This document shows positions 27,070 through 38,965 of a stretch of 64,000 nt of DNA, in pieces. The notes beneath the pieces were generated by a model. That model saw only the letters and a list, made by a program, of their open reading frames with translations. It made no database searches and was not told the origin of the DNA. This DNA is from Eledone cirrhosa (taxonomy: Eukaryota). The translations under genes were made by a program, and so were the position numbers. The stretch is taken from positions 34,968,001 through 35,032,000 of the forward strand of contig OZ024758.1 of the NCBI GenBank assembly GCA_964016885.1, given 5' to 3'. Position 1 is the first letter of the stretch, and every line of letters begins with the position of its first letter.

Positions 27070-30000
27070 TTGATGGTACTAGCTGTCAGAAGTAACTCCA
27101 CTGTTGGTGAGAATTCATTTAAGTTCATGGTATTAGTTTGTCAGAAGTAACTCCACTGTTGGTGAGAATTCATTTAAGTCATGGTATTAGTTGTCAGAAG
27201 TAACTCCAATGTTGGTGAGAATTCATTTAAGTTCATGGTATTAGCTGTCAGAAGGAACTCCACTGTTGGTGAGAATTCATTTAAGTTCATGGTATTAGCT
27301 GTCAGAAGGAACTCCAATGTTGGTGAGAATTCATTTAAGTCATGGTACTAGCTGTCAGAAGTAACTCCACTGTTGGTGAGAATTCATTTAAGTTCATGGT
27401 ATTAGCTGTCAGAAGGAACGCCACTGTTGGTGAGAATTCATTTAAGTTCATGGTATTAGCTGTCAGAAGTAACTCCACTGTTGGTGAGAATTCATTTAAG
27501 TTCATGGTACTAGCTGTCAGAAGTAACTCCAATGTTGGTGAGAATTCATTTAAGTTCATGGTATTAGCTGTCAGAAGCAACTCCACTGTTGGTGAGAATT
27601 CATTTAAGTTCATGGTATTAGCTGTCAGAAGTAACTCCACTGTTGGTGAGAATTCATTTAAGTCATGGTATTAGCTGACAGAAGTAACTCCATTGTTGGT
27701 GAGAATTCATTTAAGTCATGGTACTAGCTGTCAGAAGTAACTCCACTGTTGGTTAGAATTCATTTAAGTTCATGGTATTAGTTTGTCAGAAGTAACTCCA
27801 CTGTTGGTGAGAATTCATTTAAGTCATGGTATTAGTTGTCAGAAGTAACTCCAATGTTGGTGAGAATTCATTTAAGTTCATGGTACTAGCTGTCAGAAGT
27901 AACTCCATTGTTGGTGAGAATTCATTGAAGTTCATGGTACTAGCTGTCAGAAGGAACTCCACTGTTGGTGAGAATTCATTTAAGTTCATGGTATTAGCTG
28001 TCAGAAGTAACTCCACTGTTGGTGAGAATTCATTTAAGTTCATGGTACTAGCTGTCAGAAGTAACTCCAATGTTAGTGAGAATTCATTTAAGTTCATGGT
28101 ATTAGCTGTCAGAAGTAACTCCACTGTTGGTGAGAATTCATTTAAGTCATGGTATTAGCTGTCAGAAGTAACTCCAATGTTGGTGAGAATTCATTTAAGT
28201 TCATGGTATTAGCTGTCAGAAGTAACTCCACTGTTGGTGAGCATTCATTTATGTTCATGGTATTAGCTGTCAGAAGTCACTCCACTGTTGGTGAGAATTC
28301 ATTTAAGTTCATGGTACTAGCTGTCAGAAGTAACCCCAATGTTGGTGAGAATTCATTTAAGTTCATGGTATTAGCTGTCAGAAGTCACTCCAATGTTGGT
28401 GAGAATTCATTTAAGTTCATGGTATTAGCTGTCAGGAGTAACTCCACTGTTGGTGAGAATTCATTTAAGTTCATGGTATTAGTTTGTCAGAAGTAACTCC
28501 ACTGTTGGTGAGAATTCATTTAAGTCATGGTACTAGCTGTCAGAAGTAACTCCAATGTTGGTGAGAATTCATTTAAGTCATGGTATTAGCTGTCAGAAGT
28601 AACTCCAATGTTGGTGAGAATTCATTTAAGTTCATGGTATTAGCTGTCAGAAGTAACTCCACTGTTGGTGAGAATTCATTTAAGTTCATGGTATTAGTTT
28701 GTCAGAAGTAACTCCACTGTTGGTGAGAATTCATTTAAGTCATGGTATTAGTTGTCAGAAGTAACTCCAATGTTGGTGAGAATTCATTTAAGTTCATGGT
28801 ATTAGCTGTCAGAAGGAACTCCACTGTTGGTGAGAATTCATTTAAGTCATGGTATTAGCTGTCAGAAGTAACTCCAATGTTGGTGAGAATTCATTTAAGT
28901 TCATGGTATTAGCTGTCAGAAGTAACTCCACTGTTGGTGAGCATTCATTTATGTTCATGGTATTAGCTGTCAGAAGTCACTCCACTGTTGGTGAGAATTC
29001 ATTTAAGTTCATGGTACTAGCTGTCAGAAGTAACCCCAATGTTGGTGAGAATTCATTCAAGTTCATGGTATTAGCTGTCAGAAGTCACTCCAATGTTGGT
29101 GAGAATTCATTTAAGTTCATGGTATTAGCTGTCAGAAGTAACTCCACTGTTGGTGAGAATTCATTTAAGTTCATGGTATTAGTTTGTCAGAAGTAACTCC
29201 ACTGTTGGTGAGAATTCATTTAAGTCATGGTACTAGCTGTCAGAAGTAACTCCAATGTTGGTGAGAATTCATTTAAGTCATGGTATTAGCTGTCAGAAGT
29301 AACTCCAATGTTGGTGAGAATTCATTTAAGTTCATGGTATTAGCTGTCAGAAGTAACTCCACTGTTGGTGAGAATTCATTTAAGTTCATGGTATTAGCTG
29401 TCAGAAGTAACTCCACTGTTGGTGAGAATTCATTTAAGTTCATGGTATTAGTTTGTCAGAAGTAACTCCACTGTTGGTGAGAATTCATTTAAGTCATGGT
29501 ATTAGTTGTCAGAAGTAACTCCAATGTTGGTGAGAATTCATTTAAGTTCATGGTATTAGCTGTCAGAAGGAACTCCACTGTTGGTGAGAATTCATTTAAG
29601 TTCATGGTATTAGCTGTCAGAAGGAACTCCAATGTTGGTGAGAATTCATTTAAGTCATGGTACTAGCTGTCAGAAGTAACTCCACTGTTGGTGAGAATTC
29701 ATTTAAGTTCATGGTATTAGCTGTCAGAAGGAACGCCACTGTTGGTGAGAATTCATTTAAGTTCATGGTATTAGCTGTCAGAAGTAACTCCACTGTTGGT
29801 GAGAATTCATTTAAGTTCATGGTACTAGCTGTCAGAAGTAACTCCAATGTTGGTGAGAATTCATTTAAGTTCATGGTATTAGCTGTCAGAAGCAACTCCA
29901 CTGTTGGTGAGAATTCATTTAAGTTCATGGTATTAGCTGTCAGAAGTAACTCCACTGTTGTTGAGAATTCATTTAAGTCATGGTATTAGCTGACAGAAGT

Positions 30001-30595
30001 AACTCCATTGTTGGTGAGAATTCATTTAAGTCATGGTACTAGCTGTCAGAAGTAACTCCACTGTTGGTTAGAATTCATTTAAGTTCATGGTATTAGTTTG
30101 TCAGAAGTAACTCCACTGTTGGTGAGAATTCATTTAAGTCATGGTATTAGTTGTCAGAAGTAACTCCAATGTTGGTGAGAATTCATTTAAGTTCATGGTA
30201 CTAGCTGTCAGAAGTAACTCCATTGTTGGTGAGAATTCATTGAAGTTCATGGTACTAGCTGTCAGAAGGAACTCCACTGTTGGTGAGAATTCATTTAAGT
30301 TCATGGTATTAGCTGTCAGAAGTAACTCCACTGTTGGTGAGAATTCATTTAAGTTCATGGTACTAGCTGTCAGAAGTAACTCCAATGTTAGTGAGAATTC
30401 ATTTAAGTTCATGGTATTAGCTGTCAGAAGTAACTCCACTGTTGGTGAGAATTCATTTAAGTCATGGTATTAGCTGTCAGAAGTAACTCCAATGTTGGTG
30501 AGAATTCATTTAAGTTCATGGTATTAGCTGTCAGAAGTAACTCCACTGTTGGTGAGCATTCATTTATGTTCATGGTATTAGCTGTCAGAAGTAAC
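27070..30595. repeat. Duplicated block at 2315-bp offset with an internal 700-bp duplication
   Basis: ORF pairs 27342/29657, 27826/30141 and 28149/30464 are offset by 2315. The GCTGAC marker is at about 27675 and 29990. ORFs 28149 and 28849 are identical at a 700-bp offset. Boundaries are approximate. Confidence 0.82.
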
Positions 30596-33059
30596 TCCAC
30601 TGTTGGTGAGAATTCATTTAAGTTCATGGTATTAGTTTGTCAGAAGTAACTCCACTGTTGGTGAGAATTCATTTAAGTCATGGTATTAGTTGTCAGAAGT
30701 AACTCCAATGTTGGTGAGAATTCATTTAAGTTCATGGTACTAGCTGTCAGAAGTAACTCCACTGTTGGTGTGAATTCATTTAAGTTCATGGTATTAGCTG
30801 TCAGAAGTAACTCCACTGTTGGTGAGAATTCATTTAAGTCATGGTATTAGCTGTCAGAAGTAACCCCATTGTTGGTGAGAATTCATTTAAGTCATGGTAC
30901 TAGCTGTCAGAAGTAACTCCACTGTTGGTGAGAATTCATTTAAGTTCATGGTACTAGCTGCCAGAAGTAACTCCACTGTTGGTGAGATTTCATTTAAGTT
31001 CATGGTACTAGCTGTCAGAAGTAACTCCACTGTTTGTGAGAATTCATTTAAGTTCATGGTACTAGCTGTCATAAGTAACTCCACTGTTGGTGAGAATTCA
31101 TTTAAGTTCATGGTATTAGCTGTCAGAAGGAACTCCACTGTTGGTGAGAATTCATTTAAGTTCATGGTACTAGCTGTCAGAAGTAACCCCAATGTTGGTG
31201 AGAATTCATTTAAGTTCATGGTATTAGCTGACAGAAGTCACTCCAATGTTGGTGAGAATTCATTTAAGTTCATGGTATTAGCTGTCAGAAGTAACTCCAC
31301 TGTTGGTGAGAATTCATTTAAGTTCATGGTATTAGCTGTCAGAAGTAACTCCACTGTTGGTGAGAATTCATTTAAGTTCATGGTATTAGCTGTCAGAAGT
31401 AACTCCACTGTTGGTGAGAATTCATTTAAGTTCATGGTATTAGCTGTCAGAAGGAACTCCAATGTTGGTGAGAAATCATTTAAGTCATGGTACTAGCTGT
31501 CAGAAGTAACTCCACTGTTGGTGAGAATTCATTTAAGTTCATGGTGTTAGCTGTCAGAAGGAACGCCACTGTTGGTGAGAATTCATTTAAGTTCATGGTA
31601 TTAGCTGTCAGAAGTAACTCCACTGTTGGTGAGAATTCATTTAAGTTCATGGTACTAGCTGTCAGAAGTAATTCCAATGTTGGTGAGAATTCATTTAAGT
31701 TCATGGTATTAGCTGTCAGAAGGAACTCCACTGTTGGTGAGAATTCATTTAAGTTCATGGTATTAGCTGTCAGAAGTAACTCCACTGTTGGTGAAAATTC
31801 ATTTAAGTTCATGGTACTAGTTGTCAGAAGTAACTCCACTGTTGGTGAGAATTCATTTAAGTTCATGGTATTAGTTGTCAGAAGTAACTCCACTGTTGGT
31901 GAGAATTCATTAAGTCATGGTATTAGTTGTCAGAAGTAACTCCAATGTTGGTGAGAATTCATTTAAGTTCATGGTACTAGCTGTCAGAAGTAACTCCACT
32001 GTTGGTGAGAATTCATTTAAGTTCATGGTATTAGCTGTCAGAAGTAACTCCACTGTTGGTGATAATTCATTTAAGTCATGGTATTAGCTGTCAGAAGTAA
32101 CTCCATTGTTGGTGAGAATTCATTTAAGTCATGGTACTAGCTGTCAGAAGTAACTCCACTGTTGGTGAGAATTCATTTAAGTTCATGGTATTAGCTGTCA
32201 GAAGGAACTCCACTGTTGGTGAGAATTCATTTAAGTTCATGGTACTAGCTGTCAGAAGTAACTCCACTGTTGGTGAGAATTCATTTAAGTTCATGGTATT
32301 AGTTTGTCAGAAGTAACTCCACGGTTGGTGAGAATTCATTTAAGTCATGGTATTAGTTGTCAGAAGTAACTCCAATGTTGGTGAGAATTCATTTAAGTTC
32401 ATGGTACTAGCTGTCAGAAGTAACTCCACTGTTGGTGAGAATTCATTTAAGTTCATGGTACTAGCTGCCAGAAGTAACTCCACTGTTGGTGAGAATTCAT
32501 TTAAGTTCATGGTACTAGCTGTCAGAAGTAACTCCACTGTTTGTGAGAATTCATTTAAGTTCATGGTACTAGCTGTCATAAGTAACTCCACTGTTGGTGA
32601 GAATTCATTTAAGTTCATGGTATTAGCTGTCAGAAGTCACTCCACTGTTGGTGAGAATTCATTTAAGTTCATGGTATTAGCTGTCAGAAGTCACTCCACT
32701 GTTGGTGAGAATTCATTTAAGTTCATGGTACTAGCTGTCAGAAGTAACCCCAATGTTGGTGAGAATTCATTTAAGTTCATGGTATTAGCTGTCAGAAGTC
32801 ACTCCAATGTTGGTGAGAATTCATTTAAGTTCATGGTATTAGCTGTCAGAAGTAACTCCACTGTTGGTGAGAATTCATTTAAGTTCATGGTATTAGCTGT
32901 CAGAAGTCACTCCAATGTTGGTGAGAATTCATTTAAGTTCATGGTATTAGCTGTCAGAAGTAACTCCACTGTTGGTGAGAATTCATTTAAGTTCATGGTA
33001 TTAGCTGTCAGAAGTAACTCCACTGTTGGTGAGAATTCATTTAAGTTCATGGTATTAGC

Positions 33060-34660
33060 TGTCAGAAGGAACTCCAATGTTGGTGAGAAATCATTTAAGT
33101 CATGGTACTAGCTGTCAGAAGTAACTCCACTGTTGGTGAGAATTCATTTAAGTTCATGGTATTAGCTGTCAGAAGGAACGCCACTGTTGGTGAGAATTCA
33201 TTTAAGTTCATGGTATTAGCTGTCAGAAGTAACTCCACTGTTGGTGAGAATTCATTTAAGTTCATGGTACTAGCTGTCAGAAGTAACTCCAATGTTGGTG
33301 AGAATTCATTTAAGTTCATGGTATTAGCTGTCAGAAGGAACTCCACTGTTGGTGAGAATTCATTTAAGTTCATGGTATTAGCTGTCAGAAGTAACTCCAC
33401 TGTTGGTGAACATTCATTTAAGTTCATGGTACTAGTTGTCAGAAGTAACTCCACTGTTGGTGAGAATTCATTTAAGTTCATGGTATTAGTTGTCAGAAGT
33501 AACTCCACTGTTGCTGAGAATTCATTAAGTCATGGTATTAGTTGTCAGAAGTAACTCCAATGTTGGTGAGAATTCATTTAAGTTCATTGTACTAGCTGTC
33601 AGAAGTAACTCCAATGTTGGTGAGAATTCATTTAAGTTCATGGTATTAGCTGTCAGAAGGAACTCCACTGTTGGTGAGAATTCATTTAAGTTCATGGTAT
33701 TAGCTGTCAGAAGTAACTCCACTGTTGGTGAACATTCATTTAAGTTCATGGTACTAGTTGTCAGAAGTAACTCCACTGTTGGTGAGAATTCATTTAAGTT
33801 CATGGTATTAGTTGTCAGAAGTAACTCCACTGTTGCTGAGAATTCATTAAGTCATGGTATTAGTTGTCAGAAGTAACTCCAATGTTGGTGAGAATTCATT
33901 TAAGTTCATTGTACTAGCTGTCAGAAGTAACTCCACTGTTGGTGAGAATTCATTTAAGTTCATGGTATTAGCTGTCAGAAGTAACTCCACTGTTGGTGAT
34001 AATTCATTTAAGTCATGGTATTAGCTGTCAGAAGGAACTCCAATGTTGGTGAGAAATCATTTAAGTCATGGTACTAGCTGTCAGAAGTAACTCCACTGTT
34101 GGTGAGAATTCATTTAAGTTCATGGTATTAGCTGTCAGAAGGAACGCCACTGTTGGTGAGAATTCATTTAAGTTCATGGTATTAGCTGTCAGAAGTAACT
34201 CCACTGTTGGTGAGAATTCATTTAAGTTCATGGTACTAGCTGTCAGAAGTAACTCCAATGTTGGTGAGAATTCATTTAAGTTCATGGTATTAGCTGTCAG
34301 AAGGAACTCCACTGTTGGTGAGAATTCATTTAAGTTCATGGTATTAGCTGTCAGAAGTAACTCCACTGTTGGTGAACATTCATTTAAGTTCATGGTACTA
34401 GTTGTCAGAAGTAACTCCACTGTTGGTGAGAATTCATTTAAGTTCATGGTATTAGTTGTCAGAAGTAACTCCACTGTTGCTGAGAATTCATTAAGTCATG
34501 GTATTAGTTGTCAGAAGTAACTCCAATGTTGGTGAGAATTCATTTAAGTTCATTGTACTAGCTGTCAGAAGTAACTCCACTGTTGGTGAGAATTCATTTA
34601 AGTTCATGGTATTAGCTGTCAGAAGTAACTCCACTGTTGGTGATAATTCATTTAAGTCAT
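33060..34660. repeat. Nested short duplications with 322-bp (6-mer) and 966-bp (18-mer) periods
   Basis: The private marker GGTGAACATTC occurs at about 33405, 33727 and 34371. ORFs 33102 and 34068 are identical (offset 966). Minus-strand ORF starts at 33508 and 33830 are offset by 322. Confidence 0.82.
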
Positions 34661-36150
34661 GGTATTAGCTGTCAGAAGTAACTCCATTGTTGGTGAGAAT
34701 TCATTTAAGTCATGGTACTAGCTGTCAGAAGTAACTCCACTGTTGGTGAGAATTCATTTAAGTTCATGGTATTAGCTGTCAGAAGGAACTCCACTGTTGG
34801 TGAGAATTCATTTAAGTTCATGGTACTAGCTGTCAGAAGTAACTCCACTGTTGGTGAGAATTCATTTAAGTTCATGGTATTAGTTTGTCAGAAGTAACTC
34901 CACTGTTGGTGAGAATTCATTTAAGTCATGGTATTAGTTGTCAGAAGTAACTCCAATGTTGGTGAGAAGTCATTTAAGTCATGGTACTAGCTGTCAGAAG
35001 TAACTCCAATGTTGGTGAGAATTCATTTAAGTTCATGGTATTAGCTGTCAGAAGGAACTCCACTGTTGGTGAGAATTCATTTAAGTTCATGGTATTAGCT
35101 GTCAGAAGTAACTCCACTGTTTGTGAGAATTCATTTAAGTTCATGGTACTAGCTGTCAGAAGTAACTCCACTGTTGGTGAGAATTCATTTAAGTTCATGG
35201 TATTAGCTGTCAGAAGTCACTCCACTGTTGGTGAGAATTCATTTAAGTTCATGGTATTAGCTGTCAGAAGTCACTCCACTGTTGGTGAGAATTCATTTAA
35301 GTTCATGGTACTAGCTGTCAGAAGTAACCCCAATGTTGGTGAGAATTCATTTAAGTTCATGGTATTAGCTGTCAGAAGTCACTCCAATGTTGGTGAGAAT
35401 TCATTTAAGTTCATGGTATTAGCTGTCAGAAGTAACTCCACTGTTGGTGAGAATTCATTTAAGTTCATGGTATTAGCTGTCAGAAGTCACTCCAATGTTG
35501 GTGAGAATTCATTTAAGTTCATGGTATTATCTGTCAGAAGTAACTCCACTGTTGGTGAGAATTCATTTAAGTTCATGGTATTAGCTGTCAGAAGGAACTC
35601 CAATGTTGGTGAGAAATCATTTAAGTCATGGTACTAGCTGTCAGAAGTAACTCCACTGTTGGTGAGAATTCATTTAAGTTCATGGTATTAGCTGTCAGAA
35701 GGAACGCCACTGTTGGTGAGAATTCATTTAAGTTCATGGTATTAGCTGTCAGAAGTAACTCCACTGTTGGTGAGAATTCATTTAAGTTCATGGTACTAGC
35801 TGTCAGAAGTAACTCCAATGTTGGTGAGAATTCATTTAAGTTCATGGTATTAGCTGTCAGAAGGAACTCCACTGTTGGTGAGAATTCATTTAAGTTCATG
35901 GTATTAGCTGTCAGAAGTAACTCCACTGTTGGTGAAAATTCATTTAAGTTCATGGTACTAGTTGTCAGAAGTAACTCCACTGTTGGTGAGAATTCATTAA
36001 GTCATGGTATTAGTTGTCAGAAGTAACTCCAATGTTGGTGAGAATTCATTTAAGTTCATGGTACTAGCTGTCAGAAGTAACTCCACAGTTGGTGAGAATT
36101 AATTTAATTTCATGGTATTAGCTGTCAGAAGTAACTCCACTGTTGGTGAG

Positions 36151-38965
36151 AATTCATTTAAGTCATGGTATTAGCTGTCAGAAGTAACTCCATTGTTGGT
36201 GAGAATTCATTTAAGTCATGGTACTAGCTGTCAGAAGTAACTCCACTGTTGGTGAGAATTCATTTAAGTTCATGGTATTAGCTGTCAGAAGGAACTCCAC
36301 TGTTGGTGAGAATTCATTTAAGTTCATGGTACTAGCTGTCAGAAGTAACTCCACTGTTGGTGAGAATTCATTTAAGTTCATGGTATTAGTTTGTCAGAAG
36401 TAACTCCACTGTTGGTGAGAATTCATTTAAGTCATGGTATTAGTTGTCAGAAGTAAGTCCAATGTTGGTGAGAATTCATTTAAGTCATGGTACTAGCTGT
36501 CAGAAGTAACTCCAATGTTGGTGAGAATTCATTTAAGTTCATGGTATTAGCTGTCAGAAGGAACTCCACTGTTGGTGAGAATTCATTTAAGTTCATGGTA
36601 TTAGCTGTCAGAAGTAACTCCACTGTTGGTGAGAATTCATTTAAGTTCATGGTACTAGCTGTCAGAAGTAACTCCAATGTTGGTGAGAATTCATTTAAGT
36701 TCATGGTATTAGCTGTCAGAAGTAACTCCACTGTTGGTGAGAATTCATTTAAGTCATGGTATTAGCTGTCAGAAGTAACTCCAATGTTGGTGAGAATTCA
36801 TTTAAGTTCATGGTATTAGTTGTCAGAAGTAACTCCACTGTTGGTGAGAATTCATTTAAGTTCATGGTATTAGCTGTCAGAAGTAACTCCACTGTTGGTG
36901 AGAATTCATTTAAGTTCATGGTACTAGCTGTCAGAAGTAACTCCACTGTTGGTGAGAATTCATTTAAGTTCATGGTATTAGCTGTCAGAAGTAACACCAC
37001 TGTTGGTGAGAATTCATATAAGTTCATGGTACTAGCTGTCAGAAGTAACTCCACTGTTGGTGAGAATTCATTTAAGTTCATGGTACTAGCTGTCAGAAGT
37101 AACTCCAATGTTGGTGAGAATTCATTTAAGTTCATGGTATTAGCTGTCAGAAGGAACTCCACTGTTGGTGAGAATTCATTTAAGTTCATGGTATTAGCTG
37201 TCAGAAGTAACTCCACTGTTGGTGAAAATTCATTTAAGTTCATGGTACTAGTTGTCAGAAGTAACTCCACTGTTGGTGAGAATTCATTTAAGTTCATGGT
37301 ATTAGTTGTTAGAAGTAACTCCAATGTGTTGGTGAGAATTCATTTAAGTTCATTGTACTAGCTGTCAGAAGTAACTCCACTGTTGGTGAGAATTCATTTA
37401 AGTTCATGGTATTAGCTGTCAGAAGTAACTCCACTGTTGGTGATAATTCATTTAAGTCATGGTATTAGCTGTCAGAAGTAACTCCATTGTTGGTGAGAAT
37501 TCATTTAAGTCATGGTACTAGCTGTCAGAAGTAACTCCACTGTTGGTGAGAATTCATTTAAGTTCATGGTATTAGCTGTCAGAAGGAACTCCACTGTTGG
37601 TGAGAATTCATTTAAGTTCATGGTACTAGCTGTCAGAAGTAACTCCACTGTTGGTGAGAATTCATTTAAGTTCATGGTATTAGTTTGTCAGAAGTAACTC
37701 CACTGTTGGTGAGAATTCATTTAAGTCATGGTATTAGTTGTCAGAAGTAAGTCCAATGTTGGTGAGAATTCATTTAAGTCATGGTACTAGCTGTCAGAAG
37801 TAACTCCAATGTTGGTGAGAATTCATTTAAGTTCATGGTATTAGCTGTCAGAAGGAACTCCACTGTTGGTGAGAATTCATTTAAGTTCATGGTATTAGCT
37901 GTCAGAAGTAACTCCACTGTTGGTGAGAATTCATTTAAGTTCATGGTACTAGCTGTCAGAAGTAACTCCAATGTTGGTGAGAATTCATTTAAGTTCATGG
38001 TATTAGCTGTCAGAAGTAACTCCACTGTTGGTGAGAATTCATTTAAGTCATGGTATTAGCTGTCAGAAGTAACTCCAATGTTGGTGAGAATTCATTTAAG
38101 TTCATGGTATTAGTTGTCAGAAGTAACTCCACTGTTGGTGAGAATTCATTTAAGTTCATGGTATTAGCTGTCAGAAGTAACTCCACTGTTGGTGAGAATT
38201 CATTTAAGTTCATGGTACTAGCTGTCAGAAGTAACTCCACTGTTGGTGAGAATTCATTTAAGTTCATGGTATTAGCTGTCAGAAGTAACACCACTGTTGG
38301 TGAGAATTCATATAAGTTCATGGTACTAGCTGTCAGAAGTAACTCCACTGTTGGTGAGAATTCATTTAAGTTCATGGTACTAGCTGTCAGAAGTAACTCC
38401 AATGTTGGTGAGAATTCATTTAAGTTCATGGTATTAGCTGTCAGAAGGAACTCCACTGTTGGTGAGAATTCATTTAAGTTCATGGTATTAGCTGTCAGAA
38501 GTAACTCCACTGTTGGTGAAAATTCATTTAAGTTCATGGTACTAGTTGTCAGAAGTAACTCCACTGTTGGTGAGAATTCATTTAAGTTCATGGTATTAGT
38601 TGTTAGAAGTAACTCCAATGTGTTGGTGAGAATTCATTTAAGTTCATTGTACTAGCTGTCAGAAGTAACTCCACTGTTGGTGAGAATTCATTTAAGTTCA
38701 TGGTATTAGCTGTCAGAAGTAACTCCACTGTTGGTGATAATTCATTTAAGTCATGGTATTAGCTGTCAGAAGTAACTCCATTGTTGGTGAGAATTCATTT
38801 AAGTCATGGTACTAGCTGTCAGAAGTAACTCCACTGTTGGTGAGAATTCATTTAAGTTCATGGTATTAGCTGTCAGAAGGAACTCCACTGTTGGTGAGAA
38901 TTCATTTAAGTTCATGGTACTAGCTGTCAGAAGTAACTCCACTGTTGGTGAGAATTCATTTAAGT
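36151..38965. repeat. Second higher-order repeat with 1294-bp period (24 monomers), about 2.2 copies, different variant content from the first
   Basis: ORF pairs 36218/37512, 36487/37781 and 36756/38050 are offset by 1294. Markers are TAAGTCC, AACACCACT, CATATAAG, TTGTTAGAAG and the 2-bp insertion CCAATGTGTTGG. Confidence 0.9.
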
